From Nitrososphaerota archaeon (GTDB lineage Archaea > Thermoproteota > Nitrososphaeria > Nitrososphaerales > Gagatemarchaeaceae), in contig JAFLZH010000004.1 of the NCBI GenBank assembly GCA_029785615.1, positions 20,545 to 84,544 of the forward strand: a stretch of DNA of 64,000 nucleotides, given 5' to 3'. The notes under the pieces were generated by a model. It saw only the letters and a program-made list of their open reading frames with translations. It ran no database searches and had not been told where the DNA came from. Below are positions 10,018 to 18,215 of the stretch, piece after piece (positions within the stretch are counted from its first letter, which is position 1; every line of letters begins with the position of its first letter). Position numbers and translations under genes: made by a program.

Positions 10018-10772
10018 TTCTCACCCGTTATCGATATCGCGACAGACTTCGGAGTCCCCTTCGTCTTCTCGGCCAGGGCCATGGTCCAGATTCTTCCCGT
10101 GAGAGGCTCGGTCTTCAGGAGGGCCCTCCCTTCGCTGATGAGGAACGCGAGGAGGTATGCCCTCCTGACCTTCATCTCGAAGCTTTCGACCCCGATGAAC
10201 TGGCGGTAGTCGACCCAGTCTCCGTTGGACTCCCTCAGGAGCTCTTCGTACAACTGGGTCAGTTCGACCTCGAACTCCTCCCTGGTGAAGACGCCGGTGC
10301 TGACCAGGTCGGCGTAATCGACCGTCCCCGGCCTGACTCCGTAGTTCCCGAACTGGTCTTTGAACCTCTCAGAGAGCGGGATTAGCTCGCGCCAGTAGAC
10401 GAAGGCCTTCTCCAGCCCCCTGGGAGACAGCTGGTCCACCTGGGCTATCGGGTGCCAGCTCCTGACGAACGCCTCGGTGAGGGCTTCCTTGGAGAGGAGC
10501 TTCACCTTGAGCTGGATGAGAAGAGGGTCGATGAAGAGAGCCGAAGCTCTCGACTTCAGCCACTGGTCCTGAAGCTTCACTATCTGCGCCAGCTCGAGCA
10601 TCGCCTCCGAGTCCACCAACAGTTCGTCCAGGAGCTTGAGCTCCGGGAGCCTCTGCTTCAACAGCAGTATCTTCTCCCTTATGTCCACGTCGAAGGGGTT
10701 CGCGCTGCTGGTCTCGACGTCGCGGCATAGCTCTATCACCCTGAGGTAGTCGTCGAGCTTGGTCTGTTCCAA
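10014..10772 (-). CDS. Kleisin-like protein (ScpA / Nse4-like)
   Basis: 252 aa. N-terminal helical segment (NPFDVDIREKILLLKQRL...EAMLELAQIVKLQDQWLKSRASAL) and a C-terminal WH-like segment (VRRAYLLAFLISEGRALLKTEPLTGRIW) resemble ScpA termini. It lies 4 nt downstream of the SMC-like gene. Confidence 0.6.
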   Translation of the reverse strand: MEQTKLDDYLRVIELCRDVETSSANPFDVDIREKILLLKQRLPELKLLDELLVDSEAMLELAQIVKLQDQWLKSRASALFIDPLLIQLKVKLLSKEALTEAFVRSWHPIAQVDQLSPRGLEKAFVYWRELIPLSERFKDQFGNYGVRPGTVDYADLVSTGVFTREEFEVELTQLYEELLRESNGDWVDYRQFIGVESFEMKVRRAYLLAFLISEGRALLKTEPLTGRIWTMALAEKTKGTPKSVAISITGEN

Positions 10773-10776
10773 GAAG

Positions 10777-12783
10777 TTACTTCAGCTCCTTGACCTCGGA
10801 CGAGCCGTGGACCGCCTGGACCGTGATGACGTGGGCGCTCCTGTCGAACACCGTCAGTATCGACGGGGTGATTACGATGTATTGTGAGGCCTCCCTCTGC
10901 TTCATCTGCGACAGAATCATCTTGAACATCGCTTCCCTGTTCTTGGGGTCCATATGTATGTCGAACTCGTCCATCGCCCTCAGGGGGGAGACTATCCTCG
11001 CCTGGAGGGACAGGATGAAAGCCATCAGGGCCACCGACCGCTCCCCGCCGCTCTGGGTGAACGGATCGAGGGTGGTGGGGGCGCCCCCCCTGAACCCGAC
11101 GTATAGGTCGAGGCCGGCGTCTTCGATGGTGTCAGCCTGCTCGAACTTTATGAAGCCGCTGGCGTCCGTTGCGGACAGGACCGCCTGATAGGATGGATCC
11201 ACAGTTTCAACCAGATCTTCCATGGCTTTCCTCCAGATGCCCTTACGCGAGTCCAGCTCCGAGAGCATGGACTTCTTGTTCTCCTGGAGCATTGCGAGCT
11301 TCGCCTTCAGCTCTTCGATGTTGCCAGAGTAGTCGTTGTAGATTTTCTCCGCGTCGTCGGGCACGTCCTGCATCTTTTGGATGTGGGCGGACACAAGCTT
11401 CAGCTCCTCTGAGACTTCATAGGGCTGGCGCGCTGTCTCCATCCTGCCCCCCGCCCTTTCGAGGTCCGGAGCCAGTTTGTCCAGCTCCGCTTTGTACTCT
11501 CTAGCAGTCCTCTCGAGGTCGTGGAGGTCAGACTCCGTCACTCTGATGCGGTACGAGAGTACCTCAGCCTTGACTTTGAAGGACACGTAGCTGTCGGTAG
11601 CGCGCCTGATGAGGTCCTCGGTCTTGGTGATGTCAGGCTGCAGGGAAGAGACTTCTCTGTCCAGCTCCGTCTTGCGGCGCTGGGCATCCTCTTCGGCCGA
11701 TAGGCTCTTTTGCTCGATGTACGCGGCGAGCTCCTTGAGCCTCTTCGCGCTCCTGTCCCCCCCTTTTGACAGGAGCTCGTCAATCGTGGTTGACAGCCCT
11801 GAGAGGTCGTCCTTTATCGACCGGTAGGCGTCGCGAGCCGACTCGTCCTTCGCCTTCTCCGACTCCGCCCGCACGAGGGCATAGTAGAGCTTGCGCAGTT
11901 CCACCTGCTTGTCCAGGAGCGTCTGGTGGGTCTGCTCGGCGTCGGAAGAGACCTCGGTCTGCTGCGACTTCAGGTCTTCAAGGGCCTTCGTCTTCGAAGC
12001 AATCTTCTCCTCGGCGCCCTGTAGTGCCTTGCTGAGCTTGTTCTCAGTGCTCCACAGAAGCTCCTTGGTCAGGAGGTCTCTGTGTTCGATTTGCCTCCGC
12101 TTCTCCTGGTAGCGGTCGTACACCTGCTTCCAGTATTCGAGGGCCTGGTTGGCGTTGTCTATGAGTTGGAGGAGGGAGCTCTCCTCTCCCACCAGTCCGC
12201 CCAGCTCCTGCTCGGCCAACGTGATCCTCTGCCTGTACTCGGAGAACCCGACCGCCTCTTCGACCATCCTCAGGCGCTCCTGGGGGGTGACGGCGCCCAG
12301 CTCCTCTATCATCCCCTGGTGCATGATGATGAGCAGGTTGTCTGGGTTGATGCCGAACTCGCTGAGGAGCCTCACGACCTCGCTCTTGTCTATCTCCTTG
12401 TAGTCCGCCTCGAACCAGTACGAACCGTCGCGCCTCAGGTACCTGCTGAGCATGAAGGTGTCCGACTTCGAGTAGGGAATCGGCCTCCGCCCCGCCTTCT
12501 GGGAGTTGTCGAAGATGAGAGAAACCCGGGCGATGTCTTTACCGCGCCTGATGAGGTCTGAGAGCTTCCTTGACCTTTCGGTGTACGCCTGCCCGAACGC
12601 TACGGAAATGGCGAGGAGGACCGAGGACTTGCCGGCCCCGTTGGGACCGACTACCAGGTTCAAGCCCTCGCGGAGGGGTATCCGGGCATACTCGTAACTC
12701 ATGAAATTCTCCAGGATGATCTCCTTTACTGTGGTAAGATGAGACGGCCTCTCCTGGGAGACCTCTCTGACGCCTCGGGACAA
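10777..12783 (-). CDS. Short SMC-family ATPase with Smc5/Smc6-like head motifs, no hinge and no zinc hook
   Basis: N-head ILENFMSY...LNLVVGPNGAGKSSVLLAI; C-head signature QSGGERSVALMAFILSLQARIVSPLRAMDEFDIHMDPKNRE...QYIVITPSIL. About 350 aa of heptad-like coiled coil lies between the heads. The protein is 668 aa with zero cysteines. Confidence 0.8.
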   Translation of the reverse strand: MSRGVREVSQERPSHLTTVKEIILENFMSYEYARIPLREGLNLVVGPNGAGKSSVLLAISVAFGQAYTERSRKLSDLIRRGKDIARVSLIFDNSQKAGRRPIPYSKSDTFMLSRYLRRDGSYWFEADYKEIDKSEVVRLLSEFGINPDNLLIIMHQGMIEELGAVTPQERLRMVEEAVGFSEYRQRITLAEQELGGLVGEESSLLQLIDNANQALEYWKQVYDRYQEKRRQIEHRDLLTKELLWSTENKLSKALQGAEEKIASKTKALEDLKSQQTEVSSDAEQTHQTLLDKQVELRKLYYALVRAESEKAKDESARDAYRSIKDDLSGLSTTIDELLSKGGDRSAKRLKELAAYIEQKSLSAEEDAQRRKTELDREVSSLQPDITKTEDLIRRATDSYVSFKVKAEVLSYRIRVTESDLHDLERTAREYKAELDKLAPDLERAGGRMETARQPYEVSEELKLVSAHIQKMQDVPDDAEKIYNDYSGNIEELKAKLAMLQENKKSMLSELDSRKGIWRKAMEDLVETVDPSYQAVLSATDASGFIKFEQADTIEDAGLDLYVGFRGGAPTTLDPFTQSGGERSVALMAFILSLQARIVSPLRAMDEFDIHMDPKNREAMFKMILSQMKQREASQYIVITPSILTVFDRSAHVITVQAVHGSSEVKELK

Positions 12784-12900
12784 GCTTCGAGCCTGCGCGG
12801 GCCCCGGGCGCTTTTAGACATTGCCCCCCGGGAGGCCGGAATACAGTTTCACCGACCCCTCTCTCGTGACACCTTAAATCGGGTGGCGGTCCTCTCACCG

Positions 12901-15747
12901 TTGTTGTCTGCTCGGACCGCGTTCGAAGCTCTCGCTCCAGCCGTGAGGGGGTTCCTGGCAGACACGGGGATGGTTGAGCCCACGCCCCCCCAGATCGAGG
13001 CATGGCCCCTCGTCTCTCGAGGGGGAGACGTCCTCGTGGTAGCCCCCACAGGTTCCGGGAAGACCGAAGCCGCAATGCTTCCGCTGCTGAGCAGGCTGTT
13101 GTCTGAAGGTCACGGGGACGGGATTTCGCTGCTGTACATCACCCCCATGCGAGCCCTGAACCGCGACATGCTGAAGCGGTTACAAGCCTGGTGCGCCAGG
13201 CTAGGGCTCACGGTCGACGTCAGGCATGGGGACACCCCCCAGTCCCAGAGGTCGAAGCAGTCGACGCACCCCCCTGACGTCTTGGTAACCACCCCGGAGA
13301 CATTGCAGGCGATACTCCCGGGCCGGAGGATGAGGGACAACTTGTCGCACCTGAAGGCAGTGGTAGTGGATGAGCTCCACAACCTGGTAGAGAGCAAGCG
13401 AGGGGTGCAGCTCTGCGTAGGGCTGGAGCGGCTCCGGAAGGTGGCTCCCGACTTCCAGCTGGTCGCGCTCTCCGCCACCGTCGGGACTCCAGCGGTGGCG
13501 GCCAAATTCCTCTTCGGAAACCGGAGCGTTAAGATCGTGAAGGCTGATGCGCCCAAGGAATTCGCCTTCGCCATCGAGTACCCGGTCCCCGACCCAGCGA
13601 GCCAGTCAGCCGCCAAGGAGACATACTCGGCGCCCGACCTGGCGGCCAGGCTCACCCGGATCAACGCCCTGATCGACGGCCACACTTCGACCCTCATCTT
13701 CGTCAACAGCAGGACCCTCGCCGAGATGCTTGGAGAGAAGCTGGCCAGGCTCAGGAAGGACGTCGGGGTCCATCACGGGTCGCTGCCCAGGGAGGAGCGA
13801 GAGCGGGTGGAGCAGGCGTTCAAGGCCGGAGAGCTGAAGGCTCTGGTCTGCACCAGCACCCTGGAGCTGGGCATCGATGTGGGGTCTGTGGACCTGGTGG
13901 TCCAGTACATGTCACCAAGGCAGGTCACAAGCCTCGTGCAGCGCGTCGGCAGGAGCGGCCACAGGCTCGGGAGGGTCTCCAAGGGCGTCCTCGTCACGGT
14001 CTCGGCGGATGACATCATGGAGTCCACCGCCAGCATCCGCTCGGCCGCCCAGAAGAGGATCGAGCCCACCAGGCCATACTCGAACTCCCTGGACGTGCTT
14101 GCCCACCAGGTCGCAGGGTACCTCATGGACTTCGAGACGATGGAGGCAAGTAGGATGCTGGCGGAGGTGAGGAAAGCAGCCCCGTTCGAGGGCCTCCAAG
14201 ACGACGCATTCCTCAGAACCGTGGGCTATCTCGCAGAGCTCCGGAAGCTCAGATTCGACGGCACGACGCTGTCCAGGACCAGACTGACTAGGGAGTACTA
14301 CTACGAGAACCTGTCGATGATCCCCGACGAGACCAGATACCTTGTCGTGGACGTGTCCACCAACCAGACCGTGGGCATACTGGGCGAGGAGTTCGTCCTT
14401 CTGAAGGCGAAGGTCGGCATACACTTCGTGATCAAGGGGCGGGTGTGGCAGGTGGAACAGATAGCCGAGGACAGGAAGATCTATGTGACCCCCGTTGAAG
14501 ACCCGCTCGCCGCCGTCCCCGGGTGGGACGGCGAGATGCTGCCGATTCCATACGAGCTCGCCGTGGAGACCGGCAGCCTGAGAAGGGAGGTCTCAGACGC
14601 GCTGGACGCGGGTCAAGACGCGGTCGAGAGGGTCGAGGGGCACATCCCCGGGGACACGGCTGCGCGGGCCCTCGTTGTGGACCAGATCGCCGAGCAGAAG
14701 AAGATGGGAGCGTCGGTCCCATCGGATAGGCTGGTCCTCTTCGAAGGTTTCGGCCGGTACCTGATCGTCCATCTCTGCTTCGGGGAGTCGGTCAACAGGA
14801 CGTTCGCCTATGTGTTCGAAGAGATCCTGTCTAGGCGGGGACTGGTGAGAGTCTGGTGGCTCGACGGATACAGGCTTCTGATGGAGCTCACCACGGAGAC
14901 TGGGGAGCTGGACCTTGAGGCGATTGCCACGGAGCTGATGCGCCTGACCCCCGAGGAGCTCGAGAGGACCTATGCGGTCGCCGCCCAGAGGAACTTCCCC
15001 TTCCCTGCTCGAGTGAAGTTCGTGGCCGAGAGGTTCGGAGCGCTGAAGCGGGGCAAATTGATTGCCCACCCCAACCTCTGCTCCCTCCCTACCCGCTTCG
15101 AAAAGACCCCCATCTTCGAGGAGGCCCTGCAGGAGACCGGGAGGGACCTGATTGACATGGGTCACTCGAAGGAGATTCTCATGGCGGTGGCCGGCGGCAA
15201 GATAGCGGTTGAGACCTTCCAAGCGGGTGAGAGGCCCACCCCCATCGCCTACAGTCTCCTCTATCGGTACCTCGAGGTTCCCGAGGCCGTTGCCCCCGAC
15301 TCACTGGGGAAGTCGTCCTACCAGAGGCTGAAGGCGACCATATTCGGGACCGAGGTGAGCCTCCTTTGCGTGAAGTGTGGCTCGGACCAAGGCCAGACCA
15401 CAGTGGGCGAAGTTCCTGAGGAGCCCCGGTGCGGAAGCTGCGGGTCAGGGCTCCTGGCTCCATGTTACTGTGGGACGGCCAAGCTCTCCGAACTGATCAA
15501 GAAGAGAGAGGCCAGGACCCAGCTGAACGAAGAGGAGCGCTCTGAGCTTTCGCGGGCCAGGCGGGGGGCCGACCTGGTCCTGTCGTACGGAAGGAAGGCG
15601 GTCGTCGCCCAGACCGTCTATGGCATCGGCCCGCAGACCGCGTCCAGGATCCTAGCCGAGATGCATGATGACGAGGAGGCGTTCTACAGGGACCTGCTCG
15701 AAGCTAAGATTCGGTTCGTCACGACCAGGCAGTACTGGGGGAGCTGA
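12901..15747 (+). CDS. Lhr-type superfamily-2 DNA helicase (paralog 2) with a C-terminal zinc ribbon
   Basis: APTGSGKTEAAMLPLL, VVVDELHNL, SAT, QRVGRSGHR and CVKCG...CGSCG. The frame is open from 12739, but that would overlap the divergent SMC-like gene. An in-frame TTG at 12901 lies about 24 nt after a TTAAAT box (12875-12880). The start is uncertain. Confidence 0.8.
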   Translation: MLSARTAFEALAPAVRGFLADTGMVEPTPPQIEAWPLVSRGGDVLVVAPTGSGKTEAAMLPLLSRLLSEGHGDGISLLYITPMRALNRDMLKRLQAWCARLGLTVDVRHGDTPQSQRSKQSTHPPDVLVTTPETLQAILPGRRMRDNLSHLKAVVVDELHNLVESKRGVQLCVGLERLRKVAPDFQLVALSATVGTPAVAAKFLFGNRSVKIVKADAPKEFAFAIEYPVPDPASQSAAKETYSAPDLAARLTRINALIDGHTSTLIFVNSRTLAEMLGEKLARLRKDVGVHHGSLPREERERVEQAFKAGELKALVCTSTLELGIDVGSVDLVVQYMSPRQVTSLVQRVGRSGHRLGRVSKGVLVTVSADDIMESTASIRSAAQKRIEPTRPYSNSLDVLAHQVAGYLMDFETMEASRMLAEVRKAAPFEGLQDDAFLRTVGYLAELRKLRFDGTTLSRTRLTREYYYENLSMIPDETRYLVVDVSTNQTVGILGEEFVLLKAKVGIHFVIKGRVWQVEQIAEDRKIYVTPVEDPLAAVPGWDGEMLPIPYELAVETGSLRREVSDALDAGQDAVERVEGHIPGDTAARALVVDQIAEQKKMGASVPSDRLVLFEGFGRYLIVHLCFGESVNRTFAYVFEEILSRRGLVRVWWLDGYRLLMELTTETGELDLEAIATELMRLTPEELERTYAVAAQRNFPFPARVKFVAERFGALKRGKLIAHPNLCSLPTRFEKTPIFEEALQETGRDLIDMGHSKEILMAVAGGKIAVETFQAGERPTPIAYSLLYRYLEVPEAVAPDSLGKSSYQRLKATIFGTEVSLLCVKCGSDQGQTTVGEVPEEPRCGSCGSGLLAPCYCGTAKLSELIKKREARTQLNEEERSELSRARRGADLVLSYGRKAVVAQTVYGIGPQTASRILAEMHDDEEAFYRDLLEAKIRFVTTRQYWGS

Positions 15748-15783
15748 AAGCCCAATAACAGGATTCGTGGAGGTCAGGACGGG

Positions 15784-16467
15784 TTGGTGCTAGCAGGCAA
15801 GGTCTTCCTCGTGAGGGAGAACTACGAGATCGACACCCTCGCGGAGAAGTTGAAGTCGTTCAGGATAGAGACGGAGACGAGCGTAGAGGGGAAGGAGTTC
15901 AAGCTCGTGTCAGAGATAACAGACCTGGGGGTCGGCAAGGGGTCACTCGAGGGGAAGTTCTCATTTGACTCCGTCTTCGTGGTCCCCCACAGGGGCGAGT
16001 CGGTCCCGGTCCCCAGGACCTATGAAGCGCCTTTCTCCTTCGGAATGTACAAGGATAGGATGTTCCTCACTGTCTACGACAAGAAAAACCGAGCTAACAA
16101 CATAGCGAACGAGATGAGCAAGGCGGTGTTCATGAGCCTTGGTCAGGTGGTCGAGGCCAGGATCGACCCGGAGACCTTACGGAAGTTCCATGAGGCGAAC
16201 TTCGACGACACCAAGGTGATATTCTATTCGGACGTCGACCTGCCTAACATCACCAAGCTGTCCCTCTATGGCGCTGAACTGGGCAACACGAGCCTCTACA
16301 CCGACTACCTTACTCATGGGAAGCTGTGGTACATCGTCTTCAAGAGCAGGGAGTACGGCTACGTGTTCGGGCTCACGAGGAACTGCATCCTGACGGGGTT
16401 CAGCAAGATGGAGCTGTCGGAGTTCAAGAACTTCGTGGGGAGCCAGGTCCTCCCGCTGATAGCGTAG
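15784..16467 (+). CDS. Hypothetical protein with no recognisable motif, wedged between Lhr paralog 2 and the MPE phosphoesterase
   Basis: 227-aa ORF with genome-typical GC3-rich codons. It starts 36 nt after the helicase stop and ends 1 nt before the next gene. Confidence 0.55.
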   Translation: MVLAGKVFLVRENYEIDTLAEKLKSFRIETETSVEGKEFKLVSEITDLGVGKGSLEGKFSFDSVFVVPHRGESVPVPRTYEAPFSFGMYKDRMFLTVYDKKNRANNIANEMSKAVFMSLGQVVEARIDPETLRKFHEANFDDTKVIFYSDVDLPNITKLSLYGAELGNTSLYTDYLTHGKLWYIVFKSREYGYVFGLTRNCILTGFSKMELSEFKNFVGSQVLPLIA

Positions 16468-16468
16468 C

Positions 16469-17227
16469 TTGCTGAAGATAGTCCCCGGAGAAGCCGCGCT
16501 AGTGTTCTCTACGGCCGAGAGCAAGACCCTGCTGATATCCGACCTGCACCTCGGCCTGGAGAAGGAGATGGCGAAGAAAGGCTTCCGCCTACCCGCCTAC
16601 TCGGTGAGGATGGTTGAGAGGGTGAAGCGGGCTGCTGAGGAGTATTCGACAACAAGGCTGGTCGTGTTGGGAGACGTCAAGCACACGGTCGGCAAGGTGG
16701 AGGACATAGACTGGGGGGCGGTCCCGTGGTTCTTCGACACCATGCTGGACCTCTTCGAGGTCGTGGAGGTCGTCCCGGGGAACCACGACGGGAACATCAA
16801 GACGGTCCTCCCCCCGCGCGTGAAACTGGACAGGTCTCAGGGGACCACCTTGGGCGAGGGGCGGAAGCAGATCGGGGTTGCCCACGGGCATGCCTGGCCC
16901 TCGGAGGAAGCCATTGCGACGAGGAACCTCGTCATAGGCCACTCCCACTTCACCTACGAGATGCGTGACGGCATGGGCGCCAGGACGAGGGAGTCGGTGT
17001 GGGTGACCGCTGACTACGACGTCGCCAAGCTGATGGAGGGGGCAGGGTACCCCTCCAAGCTCCGGGGGAAGGGTAGGCTGACGGTGATGCCCCCCTTCAA
17101 CAGGCTGGTCGGCGGACAGCCTATCAACAGGAGCAGGTCGTTCGAGTTCGGGCCCGTCCTATCCTCGAGGTCGATAAGCCTCGAAGAGGCAGACATATTC
17201 CTGACAGATGGGACCAGGGTGACCTAG
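16469..17227 (+). CDS. Calcineurin-like metallophosphoesterase (MPE/PdeM-like, Lhr-associated type)
   Basis: Metal-ligand motifs ISDLHLG, VVLGDVKH, VPGNHDG, VAHGHAWP and VIGHSHF. Confidence 0.8.
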   Translation: MLKIVPGEAALVFSTAESKTLLISDLHLGLEKEMAKKGFRLPAYSVRMVERVKRAAEEYSTTRLVVLGDVKHTVGKVEDIDWGAVPWFFDTMLDLFEVVEVVPGNHDGNIKTVLPPRVKLDRSQGTTLGEGRKQIGVAHGHAWPSEEAIATRNLVIGHSHFTYEMRDGMGARTRESVWVTADYDVAKLMEGAGYPSKLRGKGRLTVMPPFNRLVGGQPINRSRSFEFGPVLSSRSISLEEADIFLTDGTRVT

Positions 17228-17228
17228 G

Positions 17229-17597
17229 TCATGGGGTCCCGGTGCCGATGGCGCCGGTGATGAGCTTCTCCAGAGATGCCTCTCCCACGGCCCCGATGAC
17301 CGCGTCCATCGGCTGCCCGTTCTTGAATATCATGAACGTCGGGATGGAGAAGACCTGGAATCGGGAAGAGATGTTCATCTCTTCGTCGACGTTCACCTTC
17401 CCGAAGAGCACTCTTCCAAAGTACTTCGCCGCAAGCTTCTCAACCACAGGGTCCATGATCCTGCACGGCCCGCACCATACGGCCCAATAGTCCACGAACA
17501 CGGGCGTGGGCCCAGAGACAGCATCGTCGAAGTTCTCTTCAGTCAGTTTTACGGTGAGTTCGGTCCGACTAGATTCATGGGACATGATATCAGGCAA
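17229..17597 (-). CDS. trxA: Thioredoxin
   Basis: WCGPC active site within DYWAVWCGPCRIMDPVVEKLA; 122 aa. Confidence 0.9.
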   Translation of the reverse strand: MPDIMSHESSRTELTVKLTEENFDDAVSGPTPVFVDYWAVWCGPCRIMDPVVEKLAAKYFGRVLFGKVNVDEEMNISSRFQVFSIPTFMIFKNGQPMDAVIGAVGEASLEKLITGAIGTGTP

Positions 17598-17618
17598 CTC
17601 AGCCTGTGGGTCACGCTG

Positions 17619-17629
17619 TATATTTAAAA
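17619..17629. promoter_or_regulatory. Shared AT-rich TATA-like box between the divergent trx and Nudix genes
   Basis: TATATTTAAAA lies about 27 nt upstream of the trx ATG (17597) and about 50 nt upstream of the Nudix ATG (17678). Confidence 0.45.
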
Positions 17630-17677
17630 TTGGAGGAGAGAAGCAGTGCCTTGGACGATTTCATTTCGAAGGTCGCC

Positions 17678-18211
17678 ATGAACCTCGTCAAGGGCGAACC
17701 CGCCTCGAAGGGACTGAGCTCGGCTTCGGTTGCGGTGATACTTCGTGCGGGGGAGCCTGCCAGCGTCCTCCTCATCAAGAGGGCAGAGCGACCCGGGGAC
17801 CCCTGGTCCGGCCAGATAGCGCTGCCTGGCGGGAAGGCCTCTATCAATGACAGGACCCACCGCGACACCGCGATGCGAGAGACGTTCGAAGAGGTAGGGA
17901 TCGACCTCGGCGCCAGGGCGGAGTTCCTTGGATATGGGAAGGCTACGACTACGCACACCGGGACGATGGAGGTGGTCCCCGCCGTCTTCGAGCTGAAGGT
18001 TGGGGTGGAGGTCAAGCCCAACGACGAGGTGGCATCCTACCGCTGGGTTGGGGTCCAGGAGTTCTACGCCCCCCGCGCCAGATCCGTGCACAAGTTCGAG
18101 TCCCAGGGGAGGACCATGGAGATGCCGGCGTACCTGGTGGGGGACTACGTCGTCTGGGGCCTGACCCACCGGGTTCTCAGCTCGGTGCTGGTGGACGCCC
18201 AGGGCGCCTGA
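17678..18211 (+). CDS. Nudix hydrolase
   Basis: Nudix box LPGGKASINDRTHRDTAMRETFEEVGID. The frame is open from 17606, but that leaves only 8 nt to the divergent trx gene, so I prefer the ATG at 17678. Confidence 0.8.
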   Translation: MNLVKGEPASKGLSSASVAVILRAGEPASVLLIKRAERPGDPWSGQIALPGGKASINDRTHRDTAMRETFEEVGIDLGARAEFLGYGKATTTHTGTMEVVPAVFELKVGVEVKPNDEVASYRWVGVQEFYAPRARSVHKFESQGRTMEMPAYLVGDYVVWGLTHRVLSSVLVDAQGA

Positions 18212-18215
18212 GCCG

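Noticed and set aside
9454-12783. Classification of the SMC-kleisin-KITE operon as a Wadjet/MksBEFG or Lamassu defence system.
   Set aside because: There is no JetD/MksG-like Toprim nuclease and no LmuA-type effector adjacent. The SMC is far shorter than JetC or MukB, and its head motifs look Smc5/6-like. I retained it as an unclassified system rather than assigning a known defence family.
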